Of a stretch of 64,000 bases of DNA, positions 1 through 9,084 are shown in pieces. Below the pieces are notes generated by a model. The model searched no databases and was not told the origin of the DNA. It saw only the letters and a program-made list of their open reading frames with translations. Origin of the DNA: an uncultured Spirochaetota bacterium (lineage in GTDB: Bacteria; Spirochaetota; Spirochaetia; SZUA-6; Fen-1364); the NCBI GenBank assembly GCA_963820525.1, contig CAWGAA010000001.1, positions 2,880,001-2,944,000 on the forward strand. Direction: 5' to 3'. Within the stretch, counting starts at the first letter, position 1, and every line of letters starts with the position of its first letter. Both the position numbers and the translations under genes were made by a program.

Positions 1-339
1 GAGGATCTCGTCGGAGCCGTTGCCGCAGAGAACCTGGGCGGCGGAAAGGCCGTACAGCCGCGCCGCCTCCTCCCGAAGCGAGTCGCTTCGGGGGCTGGGA
101 TAGAGGCGCAGCGTGTCGTCAACGGCCTGTTTGACTGCCTGGATCACGCGGGGGGAGGGGGGGTAGGGGTTTTCGTTCGTGTTGAGCTTCACCAGGCGCG
201 TGCCCGGTTTGGGCTGGAAGCCCGGAACGTAGCCCGGAGTCTCTCGAACGCTCCGGCGCACGAACCCGAGAGCCGCCTCGAGATCGGCGCTCGCGGTGGG
301 GCCTCGAGGCGCGCGGGCGCCTGTTTCCGCTGTGCTCAT
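1..339 (-). CDS. hisC: Histidinol-phosphate aminotransferase, N-terminal part (runs off the window)
   Basis: Not in the ORF track. Manual translation gives [44 protein letters not shown] lies 9 nt upstream of ATG 339. Confidence 0.9.
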   Translation of the reverse strand, partial: MSTAETGARAPRGPTASADLEAALGFVRRSVRETPGYVPGFQPKPGTRLVKLNTNENPYPPSPRVIQAVKQAVDDTLRLYPSPRSDSLREEAARLYGLSAAQVLCGNGSDEIL

Positions 340-559
340 CTCTTGCATCTCCTGATGGAATTGGGAGTGTAGCAGATGCCTCCCCTGGGGGGCAAGGGCG
401 CGATTCAAGAAGCGTCGCTTCAACAGTGGCGCCTCGCTGCCGAATCCAAGGCGCGGGGGGGGGGCGGCTGTGAATGCGGGCCCGGCCAGGCCGGACCATG
501 GGTGTTCCTTGACTGATCCCGGGTTTTCGCACTATATCTGCATGGGCAAGGAGGTTCGA

Positions 560-952
560 ATGCCGATCATCGTTTCAGAAAAGGCCGCGACGCAGGTTCT
601 CTCCCTCTTCGAAGAGGGCGGAAAAACGGGCGCGGCTCTCAGGCTCTGGATTGCCGGGCTGGGATGCTCCGGGTTCCGCTACGGCATGGGCGTCGACGAC
701 AAGGAGCCCGAGCAGGGGGATCAGGTGTTCGAATCCAACGGCGTGAAGATCGTGATCGATTCCGAGAGCATGAAGTACATGGACGGCGCGAAAGTCGACT
801 ACATCGAAGACTCCGAAAGCGCCGGCTTCAACATCGACAACCCCAATCCCGCTCCGCAGTCCGACTGCAATTGCGGCTCCTCCCAGTGCGGCGTTCCAGC
901 GGCCGGAGAGTCGGTGGATGAGGAAGGCCACGGCGGCTCCGGCAGCGCATAG
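560..952 (+). CDS. A-type Fe-S carrier (HesB/IscA/ErpA family)
   Basis: LRLWIAGLGCSGFRYGM, C-terminal NPN..CNCGSS; GGAGG before ATG 560. Confidence 0.9.
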   Translation: MPIIVSEKAATQVLSLFEEGGKTGAALRLWIAGLGCSGFRYGMGVDDKEPEQGDQVFESNGVKIVIDSESMKYMDGAKVDYIEDSESAGFNIDNPNPAPQSDCNCGSSQCGVPAAGESVDEEGHGGSGSA

Positions 953-1003
953 AGCGCCGGCTTTGGCGAGACGGCCCAAGAGGGGCCGCGGGGAGCACTC
1001 TTT

Positions 1004-1735
1004 TCAGCGTTTCAAGGGCTCATCGACCAGGCTGAAACGGATCGGGATGATTCCGTTGTACGCCACGGGGCGGCCCGCCTCCTTTGCGGGCTCGAAGAAC
1101 GCGGCGCGTATCGCCTTGAGCGCCGATTCATCCAGCATCCCGTAGCCGGAAGAAGAGACTACCCTCGCTGAGATCACTTTTCCGTTCTGGTCCAGGCTCA
1201 CCAGGATCCGTACGGTACCCTCGAGTCCCAGCCTGCGCGCGCTGCGGGGATACAGCGGCTGGATCTCGGCAAGCGGGCGGGGAGGCGAGAGAGCGGGGCC
1301 TGCTTCCCCGTGCCCTTCCGCGGGATCGGAGAGCGCGATCGGCGGCTGGGGGGCGCCGCTTTCGCTTTCGGGGCCGGCTAAGCTTTCCGGGCTGGCTGTG
1401 GGCACCGTCGATGCGGCGGCAGCCGTTGAGGCTGCTTCGGCTTCAGGTTCATCCGAAATCCCGGAGCTTTCGGCCGACGGTTCGGGAACGTCATTCACGG
1501 GAGAGGTACTGCCGGGCAGGCTTTTCGGTCCCGGAATCGAATCCGCTTTCCCGCGCATCGGAAACGGAGGCCCGCCGCTTGGCGAATCTTCAAATATCTC
1601 GAACTGCCCGAAGGAAACCGAAACCATGCGCATGCCGCCCGTATCGATGCTCTGAAGCAGGGGCGCAAAAACCATCGCGCCATGGAGCAGGCAGGCGAGG
1701 AGAACCGCAAGGGCTGTCCGCCATCGCCATTCCAT
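1004..1735 (-). CDS. tonB: Energy transducer TonB
   Basis: N-terminal TM with LLH, Pro/Ser/Glu-rich linker, C-terminal YP..ARRLGLEGTV..SSGYGMLD..A domain; directly downstream of the TBDR. Confidence 0.88.
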   Translation of the reverse strand: MEWRWRTALAVLLACLLHGAMVFAPLLQSIDTGGMRMVSVSFGQFEIFEDSPSGGPPFPMRGKADSIPGPKSLPGSTSPVNDVPEPSAESSGISDEPEAEAASTAAAASTVPTASPESLAGPESESGAPQPPIALSDPAEGHGEAGPALSPPRPLAEIQPLYPRSARRLGLEGTVRILVSLDQNGKVISARVVSSSGYGMLDESALKAIRAAFFEPAKEAGRPVAYNGIIPIRFSLVDEPLKR

Positions 1736-1825
1736 TTTACTCTCTCGCTCCCTTATGCCGTCTCAGGCGCGGCCGCGCCGCAGGCGCCGCAGCCGCGCGG
1801 TCTCCGACGCTTCCCATGGACCCTC

Positions 1826-3775
1826 CTAGAATTTCATGTTCACGCCGGTCTGGATCGAGAACGGCGGCATCGGGTATCCATTCTGCGTCTGGTACTCCGC
1901 ATTGAAGAGGTTTCGAAGCACCACGGAGAAGGTGAGATTGCCGCTCACGGCGAGCCGGTAGTCGGCGTTGGTGACAAAGTACGCGGGAAGAGCCTTCGAC
2001 TCCATGTTGGCGCTGTCCGTGTACTGGATTGCGACGTAGCGCTCTTCGACGCCGAAGGAGCTTGTCCCATCGTCCCAGCCCAGCTTTGCGCTTAATGTAT
2101 GCATGGGTGTCCAGGGGGCGCGCCTGTCCGCGGAGAGAGGGATATCCTGGGAGCCGTACTGGAGGAGCAGGCTGTAGATGAAGGTATAGTCCGCCTGAAG
2201 CGATATGCGGTCCGTGAGGGCCGCCTTTCCATGGAGTTCGGCGCCCGGGAGGAAAGACTTTCCAATGTTCACGGGCATGTAGGGAGGAGTAGAAGACCAT
2301 TCGATGGCGTTGAGCGCCAGCCGTGCAAAGACGGCGGCGTCGATGCTCAGGCCTCGATCCGAAAGCGAGTAGCCCAGCTCTCCGCTGTACGATGTCTCAG
2401 GCTGCAGGTTCGGGTTGCCTGCCGCAGACCCGCCGGATTCGTACCAATACAGGTCGTTCAGGGTGGGGGTGCGATACGCGCTTCCCGCGGAAGCCTTCAG
2501 GGATGACGTCTCGGAGAGAGGAATCACGGCGCCGAGCTGGAAGGAAAGGTAGCCGGGGAAGTCGGAGTAGTAGTCATACCTCGCGGACGGGGTGATGGTG
2601 AGCCTCTCCAGGGGAGAGAAGGGAAGCGAGAAGAATCCGGCAAGGTTGAGCCTGTCCTTCGGTTGCGCGAGGTTGGTGCTGTCCGCCAGGTCGTAGGAGA
2701 CGCTTCCGCCATAGACCGCGGCGAGCATGGGAGAGATGGTGAGCTTCTGGGTGATGTCGGCGCTCGCCGAATGCGTGCGGTGGAGGCTTGCCGGGGGCCA
2801 AAGGGGATAGGAGTAGGCAAGCTCTTCGTAGCGATAGAAGCCCTTCAGGTCCAGGGTGAGCAAGTCGCTGAACAGCCTGTCCGTGCTCCAGGAAAGAGAG
2901 CTGGAAGCCGACGTGTCGTGCTGCGTGGCATTGCTGGAGGCGCTGTTGAGGAATCCGGGAACTCCCGTGTCATAGTAGGAGACGATTCCCCGGGCGCTGA
3001 GCCTGCCGCCGGCAAGCGGGAAATCAAGCCCGAGCGTTCCGTCCGTCGAGAAGGCCTGGGCATTGTTCATGCGCCGAAAGCCGCCAAGCTTTATCGTGTC
3101 GTTCCACGTAAAGCCGTTGGCCGCGCGCATCAGGGAACCGCCGGCCGTGAGGCCAACGTCGCCAAGCTTGCCTGAAAGAGAGAGATCGACCTCCTGGCTG
3201 TCGATGAGGTCCATGAAGTTTTCAGCGGTGGGGGTGGTGACATCGCCTTCCGTCATAATGGAAGCCCCGTGCGGGATATAGCTCAGGTTGGTTATCGAGA
3301 GGCCGATTTCAGGGGTTTGCGCCTTCTTGGTGATGATGTTGATGACTCCGCCGATGGCGCCCGTTCCGTAGAGAGAGCTTTCCCCGCCGCGAACGATCTC
3401 GATTTTTTCTATGAGGGCGAGCGGGATGGTGGACAGGTCTATCATGCCGTCGCGGCTGGAGTTCAGCCTCATGCCGTCAAGGAGGACAAGGACCTGGGCG
3501 GATGTCGAGCCGCGCACGTGCGCCGAAGTGACTGAGCATTTTGTGCCGTTATCCCCGACCGTGATCCCACTCTGCGTGGCCAGAAGCTCCGCAAGCCCCG
3601 CGGCGCCCGACTTCTCGATGTCTGCGGAGCCGATCACTGTGACGAAGCTCGGCACGTCGAGAGCCGGGGATTCTATTCGCGTGGCGGTCACGACAACCTC
3701 CGGAAGCTCCGGGGGTTCCTGTGCCAGGAGGGGAACCGATGCAAGGAGTGCGAGAAGGAAAACCGCGATTCTCAT
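1826..3775 (-). CDS. TonB-dependent receptor, BtuB-like (cobalamin)
   Basis: Signal peptide, TonB box EVVVTATR, plug VRG..VLVLLDG, IEIVRG..SLYG, GNPNLQPE, C-terminal Phe; under a cobalamin riboswitch. Confidence 0.9.
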   Translation of the reverse strand: MRIAVFLLALLASVPLLAQEPPELPEVVVTATRIESPALDVPSFVTVIGSADIEKSGAAGLAELLATQSGITVGDNGTKCSVTSAHVRGSTSAQVLVLLDGMRLNSSRDGMIDLSTIPLALIEKIEIVRGGESSLYGTGAIGGVINIITKKAQTPEIGLSITNLSYIPHGASIMTEGDVTTPTAENFMDLIDSQEVDLSLSGKLGDVGLTAGGSLMRAANGFTWNDTIKLGGFRRMNNAQAFSTDGTLGLDFPLAGGRLSARGIVSYYDTGVPGFLNSASSNATQHDTSASSSLSWSTDRLFSDLLTLDLKGFYRYEELAYSYPLWPPASLHRTHSASADITQKLTISPMLAAVYGGSVSYDLADSTNLAQPKDRLNLAGFFSLPFSPLERLTITPSARYDYYSDFPGYLSFQLGAVIPLSETSSLKASAGSAYRTPTLNDLYWYESGGSAAGNPNLQPETSYSGELGYSLSDRGLSIDAAVFARLALNAIEWSSTPPYMPVNIGKSFLPGAELHGKAALTDRISLQADYTFIYSLLLQYGSQDIPLSADRRAPWTPMHTLSAKLGWDDGTSSFGVEERYVAIQYTDSANMESKALPAYFVTNADYRLAVSGNLTFSVVLRNLFNAEYQTQNGYPMPPFSIQTGVNMKF

Positions 3776-3922
3776 GGGCGTCTCCGCGCCGCCGGGTACT
3801 ATCCTTCGTCTTCATCCCGATGGGATGAGGAAAGGGCTGGTGTTTCGATGAGGCGCGCTGAGTGCGATATGCCTGGAAGGGTAACTCAAGGCCGAACCAT
3901 CCTTTTCCGCGAAGGTCTCGGT

Positions 3923-4084
3923 CTTAGGAATCGTCTCCTGGCTTCCGGATCGCCTGGCCTGCAGCGCCTTCTCGCCTTCCGTTCGGAAGGCAATGGCTGG
4001 GACGTCTCCATCCCCGCTGCGGGCATCCCCGGTAACAGTGGCGGGACCGCTGCGGATTCTCACCGCATTCCGTGGTTCCTAAAA
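3923..4084 (-). ncRNA. Cobalamin (B12) riboswitch
   Basis: Minus strand reads GGAATGCGGTGAGAATCCGC..CCCGCCACTGT..GCCATTG..GAGAAGG..AGCCAGGAGAC, closed by TTAGGAA/TTCCTAA; upstream of the TBDR. Confidence 0.92.
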
Positions 4085-4101
4085 CGGGCAGCTCGTCGAT
4101 A

Positions 4102-4130
4102 GTGATACATCGAGGCGGGCCGCCTGTCAA
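4102..4130 (-). promoter_or_regulatory. Sigma70-like promoter for the riboswitch/btuB-tonB transcript
   Basis: TTGACA-17nt-TATCAC on the minus strand just upstream of the riboswitch. Confidence 0.55.
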
Positions 4131-4144
4131 TCCGCAGACCGCCT

Positions 4145-6421
4145 TTACGCTTTCTTCTTTCTCTTTTTTTCCTCGTACAGCACGTCGTCCGCCCGGTCGA
4201 GCAGCTCCTCGAGGCTCACGGTGGATTCCCGCTCGAAAGGCACCGCGCCGATGCTCATGGAGAGCTGGTAGGGCTTGCCCGAGTCCGCGTTGAAGGTGGA
4301 AATGCAGGCCTGCAGCCGCTGCCGGAGGTTTTCCACGAAGGCCGGGACCGTGTCAATGGTGAGGATGGCGAACTCGTCCCCGCCGAGCCGCGCGATCACG
4401 TCCATGGCGCGGAAGGTCTTCTTGAGGACCTCCGCCGCAGTGCGGATGGCCGCGTCGCCCTCCTGGTGCCCCCATGCATCGTTGATCTTCTTCAGCTCGT
4501 CGAGGTCCGCGAAAAACACGTTGCCCCGCCGGCCCGTGCGGCGCGCCAGGGTGAGATTCTGCCTGCCCATGCTCAGGAACCCCCGCCTGTTGAGCAGCCC
4601 CGTGAGCTCGTCGGTCTGCGAGAGCCCCGACAGCTTCTGGTTGTACTCCTCCAGCTCCACGAGGACCTGCCGGAGGCGCTCCTCCGCCTTCTGCCTGCCG
4701 ATGAAAAGCAGGGAGCCTTTGAGGATGTTGCTGAGCTGCACGCAGAACGTCTCGTAGATCGAGTTGTCCCGGCTCCCCGGCTCGAAGACGATGTAGCCGA
4801 TCTGATCATCCCGGAAATACAGGGACGTGGCCACAAGCGTATAACGCCTGTTTGTCGGGAGGAGCCCCGGCGGCACCATTCCATTGGCGGGGGAGAACAC
4901 CCGATCCCGTTCGGCCAGGGCGATGCGCTTCCCATCGACATAGGAGAGCATCACCTCGGCATTCGTGGGGACTCTCCACTCCTCGTTTCTGCGATGCTCG
5001 ATCTCGGGCGAGTAGCCGGCGATGAAGCAGGTCTTGATGTCCAGCCGCTCAAGGTCATCGGTGAGGTCGGTCATGAGATTGTCGATGGACGATACCGAAA
5101 TGAGCCTTTCCATGATGAGCCGAAGCGACGCCAGGTGGCCCTGGAGGTCTGTCCGCCCCTTTCCCTGTTCCACCCTGATCATCTCTACCAGGAGCGTTCT
5201 CGCCTTCTGGAAGCTGAAGGACAGGGCGGCGAGCTCCTCCACGGAGCCGGCGGTGCCGGCCAGCTCCTCGTTGAGCACCGTGAGAAGCGTCTGCCAGGCC
5301 GAAATGTCGACCTTCCTGAGGATCTCGTCGCACAGCGCCCCGTGGAGAAACCCGATGAAGCCGTCCGTTGTGCCGATGAGCTCGATCAGCGCCTCCAGCA
5401 GGTCGTGCAGCGCCTTGTCGGGCAGGGTGAACTCCTTCTCCGTGAGGCGGATGAAGCAGCGCTCGATGATGGCCTTCTTGTCCGGCAGCGCCGTTTTGTT
5501 GGCAAGGAGCATGGGAAGCGGCGCCAGCCCGTCGAGATCCGCGACGGCCCGCGGGAGGCAGCCGCAGGAGGTGCGCAGCACCAGGCGCGTCGGTAAAAGG
5601 ATGGTCTGCGGAACGGGCTCGCATTGCACGAGCCGCGCCGCGAAGTCCGCGGCCGTTCGCGCCTGCTCGAAGAGCGGCTGGCCGACCGTCGTTATGGGCG
5701 GAACGATGAACTGGGAAATCGAGATGTTGTCGAAGCCGATCAGCGCGACATCGCGCGGGATGGCGTGCCCGCGCTCGGTCAGCACGTGCATGGTGGAGAT
5801 GGCGAGCTCGTCGTTGGCCGTCACGATGGCCTGGAAGTCGGGCTTGCCGTATTTCTCCAGGTAGTCCGTCATGGCGAGGCGGGCGCCCCGGGACGAGAAA
5901 TCGCAGGTGATCGTGAGCTCGGGATCGTCGTCCAGCCCGAGGGTCCGCACCGCCTCGCGGTACGCGAGGTAGCGAACGGCGGCTTCCTCGTTGTCGTCGG
6001 GGCCCCTGAGGAAGGCGATGCGCGTGAAACCGTGAGCCGTGGCCAGATGCTGCATCGCCTCCAGGATGCCCGCCCTGTTGTCCACGAGGATGCTGGGGAC
6101 ACCTTCGATCTTGATGGCGATGCTGATCATGGGGATCTTGCCGAAGCGCTGGGTATACGCGCGGAACTGCTCGACGGACTGGAAGTTGCACTGCGTCCCC
6201 GTGGCCACGATGAGGGCATCGATCGCGGACGGCTTTATGTAATCGAAGATGACATTGTTCTGATACTCGTGGCCGTGGGGGGAGAGGAGGCTCTTACCCG
6301 AGAAGACGATGAGGTTCGCATCGTGCTCCTCGGCCCACACCGAGGCCCCTTCGATGAGAAGCCGTGCGTAGCCCGAGTCCGTCTGATCGATGAGGAGCCC
6401 GAGCGTGATCCTTTCGCTCAT
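4145..6421 (-). CDS. Diguanylate cyclase with N-terminal LacI-type sugar-binding domain
   Basis: DNRAG..HL..HG..RIAFLRGP, IGFDN..PPITTVGQP..LVLRTSCGC; C-terminal DELTGLLNRR..RAMD..RLGGDEF. Confidence 0.9.
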   Translation of the reverse strand: MSERITLGLLIDQTDSGYARLLIEGASVWAEEHDANLIVFSGKSLLSPHGHEYQNNVIFDYIKPSAIDALIVATGTQCNFQSVEQFRAYTQRFGKIPMISIAIKIEGVPSILVDNRAGILEAMQHLATAHGFTRIAFLRGPDDNEEAAVRYLAYREAVRTLGLDDDPELTITCDFSSRGARLAMTDYLEKYGKPDFQAIVTANDELAISTMHVLTERGHAIPRDVALIGFDNISISQFIVPPITTVGQPLFEQARTAADFAARLVQCEPVPQTILLPTRLVLRTSCGCLPRAVADLDGLAPLPMLLANKTALPDKKAIIERCFIRLTEKEFTLPDKALHDLLEALIELIGTTDGFIGFLHGALCDEILRKVDISAWQTLLTVLNEELAGTAGSVEELAALSFSFQKARTLLVEMIRVEQGKGRTDLQGHLASLRLIMERLISVSSIDNLMTDLTDDLERLDIKTCFIAGYSPEIEHRRNEEWRVPTNAEVMLSYVDGKRIALAERDRVFSPANGMVPPGLLPTNRRYTLVATSLYFRDDQIGYIVFEPGSRDNSIYETFCVQLSNILKGSLLFIGRQKAEERLRQVLVELEEYNQKLSGLSQTDELTGLLNRRGFLSMGRQNLTLARRTGRRGNVFFADLDELKKINDAWGHQEGDAAIRTAAEVLKKTFRAMDVIARLGGDEFAILTIDTVPAFVENLRQRLQACISTFNADSGKPYQLSMSIGAVPFERESTVSLEELLDRADDVLYEEKKRKKKA

Positions 6422-6615
6422 TTCTTCATTGTCCGTCGAGGCTGAGGGGAGACTAAACAAGTTGCCATGCCACGTCAAGCTTGATTCGGCGGAGCTTTTG
6501 CGATGCGTCCGGAGCGCCGGCTTCAATGTGCGGCGGAGGCCCGCGGCCGAGCCCGGGGGACGCCGTCCGTGCCTGGGGCTTGACTGTCACGCTCGAGGCT
6601 TGGTTCCATCAGGTC

Positions 6616-7551
6616 ATGGCAAAGGCACTCCGGCGGCTCGCCGTCCTGCTTTCGCTCCTGCTTCTCGCAATGCCGGCAGAGAGCCAGGATGCGCGGCCCA
6701 GACACGTGCTCCTCTGGCAGGTCGTTTCCGGCGGATCCACCGTGTACCTGCTCGGCTCCGTCCATGTGGCCAAGCCGGACATCTACCCGCTCAACGAATA
6801 CATCGAGCAGGCTTTTTCCCGCTCGGCGCGGCTCGTCGTCGAGATCGACATCAGGAGCATCGATCCCGGCGAGATGCAGAGGAAGATCCTCTCTCTTGGA
6901 GTGCTGCCCGAAGGCCGGACGCTGCGCTCGGAGCTGGACCCCGATGACGCCGCGCTGCTGGACGAGAAGCTTTCCGCTTTGGGGCTTCCCCCGGGGAGCT
7001 TCGACAGGTTTCGACCCTGGATCGTTGCAACGATCCTGGCCGAGACTGAATTAGCCGCGCTGGGGTACGCCGCTGAAAACGGAGTCGACCTGTATTTCCT
7101 CAAGAAGGCTCAAGACCGGGAGGTCGTCGAGCTCGAGTCAGCCGACTACCAGCTCGGTCTCCTGGCCGGTTTTTCGGATGAGGACCAGCGGGAGATGCTC
7201 AAGGAATACCTCGGCGGAGCTTCCACGGCTGGCGAGACCACGGCGGAACTCCTCGAGGCATGGCTTGCGGGCGACGAGGCGGGGATGGAGGGAATCCTGG
7301 AGGCAGAGCTTGACTCCGGCCCCGTAGGCGGCCGCATTTCCGATACTCTCTTGAGAGACCGCGATGCCGCCATGACGAAAAAGATCGAGCAGCTCCTCGG
7401 GCGCCCCGGCTCGAGCTTTGTGGTCGTTGGCGCCGCCCACCTCTTGCGAAAGGGCGGGATCAGAGACCGCCTGACGGCGGACGGCTTCGAAGTTATCGAG
7501 GCGGGCAAAACGGACGCCGTCGGAGCCGGCTCTCCGGTATATCTGCCCTAG
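6616..7551 (+). CDS. TraB/GumN family protein
   Basis: Signal peptide; YLLGSVH, GVD, LES..YQ, RD..M, FVVVGAAHL. Confidence 0.88.
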   Translation: MAKALRRLAVLLSLLLLAMPAESQDARPRHVLLWQVVSGGSTVYLLGSVHVAKPDIYPLNEYIEQAFSRSARLVVEIDIRSIDPGEMQRKILSLGVLPEGRTLRSELDPDDAALLDEKLSALGLPPGSFDRFRPWIVATILAETELAALGYAAENGVDLYFLKKAQDREVVELESADYQLGLLAGFSDEDQREMLKEYLGGASTAGETTAELLEAWLAGDEAGMEGILEAELDSGPVGGRISDTLLRDRDAAMTKKIEQLLGRPGSSFVVVGAAHLLRKGGIRDRLTADGFEVIEAGKTDAVGAGSPVYLP

Positions 7552-9084
7552 GAGCCTGTCGCGAAACCCTCTTCCGGGAAGCCATTGAATTGAGGTCCCG
7601 GCCATTGATAGAGTGGCCGCATGGGAGAGGGAACTTTTCGATCCTATCAGCCTGATCAGCCGTACCTCCTTCCACCCCGAGTGGATGAATGGCTGCCCGA
7701 CGGCCACTTGGTGTACTTCATGCGCGACGTGGTGGAAACGCTGGACCTCGAGGCGATTTATTCAAGCTATCAATTGAGCGAAGGCGGACGTCCGCCGTAC
7801 GAGCCGCGGATGATGCTGGCCTTGGTTCTGTATGCCTACAGCGTCGGGGTATACAGTTCGCGAAAGATCGAGCAGGCCTGCTGGGAGTCGGTGGCCTTTC
7901 GGGTACTCAGTGCGGATCAACATCCCGACCATGCGACGATCGCCAGCTTCCGCAAGCGGCATTTGAAGGAGTTGGGGTTGTTGTTCAACCAGGTGCTGAA
8001 GCTGTGCCAACGGGCGGGGTTGGTGAAGTTGGGGCACGTGGCGCTGGACAGCACGAAGGTGAAAGCCAACGCCTCCAGGCACAAAGCGATGAGCTACGGG
8101 CGAATGCTGAAGAGTGAGCAGCGGCTGAACGATGAGATCGCGGCGCTGTTGAAGCGGGCGCAGCGTGAGGATGAAGAAGAGGACGCACGCCTGGGGCCCG
8201 GGGGCAAGGATGAGGATCTGCCCGAGGAGTTGAAGCGGCGGCAGACGAGGCTGGCCAGGATTCGGGAAGCCAAGGCAGCGTTGGAAGCCGAGGCGCAAGA
8301 GAAAGCAGAGGAAGAGGTTCGGCGCAAGGGGGGAGACCCTGGGGCCGCCGGTGGGAAGGGGCGGGCGGAGGTAAAGCCAGCCGAGAAGGCGCAACGCAAT
8401 TTCACCGACCCGCAATCGCGGATCATGCTGGACAAGTCCAGCAACAGCTTTGTGAAGGCCTACAATTGCCAGGCGGCGGTCGACGGGAAGGCCCAGGTGA
8501 TTGTTGCCGCCGAGGTCACGCAGGAAACCAACGACAGCCGTCAACTGCATCCGATGCTGGAGAAGCTCAAGGCCAACACCGACGGGCAACTTCCCCGGCG
8601 TCTGACTGCCGACAGTGGCTACTACAACGGGGAGCATGTGCAATCCCATGAAAAGGAAGTGGACCTCTACATTGCTACCGAGCAGTTCCGCCATGGGGAG
8701 CGTGTACCGGCTCCGAGGGGGCGCATTCCTTCCGGATTGAGCAAGAAGCAACTGATGGGGCGCAAGGTGCGGAGCGCACGGGGGCAACGGATCTACGGGA
8801 AGCGTAAACAGATCGTGGAGCCGGTATTCGGGCAGATCAAGGAAGCGCGGGGCTTTCGTCAGTTCTTGCTTCGTGGGCTGGAGAACGTCTGGGGTGAATG
8901 GCAAGTAGTATGTACGACGCACAACCTATTGAAGCTGTTCAGAAGCGGATGGAGATTGAGCGAAGCGTAGGAGAGAGAAGGAATCCCGGCTCGATGACAA
9001 GTTGAGTTGGGGGCGCCTCATCATGAAAACGGCCCGCTCGCCTACCACAAACGGAGACTTGCGGGCCGGTTTCGCGACAGGCTC
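7552..9084 (+). mobile_element. IS1182-family insertion sequence, complete
   Basis: Perfect 17-bp terminal IRs GAGCCTGTCGCGAAACC (7552-7568) and GGTTTCGCGACAGGCTC (9068-9084); 4-bp target duplication CTAG at 7548-7551 and 9085-9088. Confidence 0.93.
7621..8970 (+). CDS. IS1182-family DDE transposase
   Basis: GRPPYEPRMML..YSSRKIE..PDHATIASFR, VALDSTKVKANAS, TDPQSRIM, YNCQ, ADSGY, RKQIVEPVFGQIK..GFRQFLLRG. Confidence 0.93.
   Translation: MGEGTFRSYQPDQPYLLPPRVDEWLPDGHLVYFMRDVVETLDLEAIYSSYQLSEGGRPPYEPRMMLALVLYAYSVGVYSSRKIEQACWESVAFRVLSADQHPDHATIASFRKRHLKELGLLFNQVLKLCQRAGLVKLGHVALDSTKVKANASRHKAMSYGRMLKSEQRLNDEIAALLKRAQREDEEEDARLGPGGKDEDLPEELKRRQTRLARIREAKAALEAEAQEKAEEEVRRKGGDPGAAGGKGRAEVKPAEKAQRNFTDPQSRIMLDKSSNSFVKAYNCQAAVDGKAQVIVAAEVTQETNDSRQLHPMLEKLKANTDGQLPRRLTADSGYYNGEHVQSHEKEVDLYIATEQFRHGERVPAPRGRIPSGLSKKQLMGRKVRSARGQRIYGKRKQIVEPVFGQIKEARGFRQFLLRGLENVWGEWQVVCTTHNLLKLFRSGWRLSEA

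Noticed and set aside
1766..1800. GC palindrome GGCGCGGCCGCGCC and a 9-bp duplication between the TBDR and tonB genes
   Set aside because: Short, and expected by chance at this GC content
6616..7551. Conjugation locus implied by the name TraB
   Set aside because: TraB/GumN is a metalloprotease-like family; no T4SS, relaxase or oriT is present
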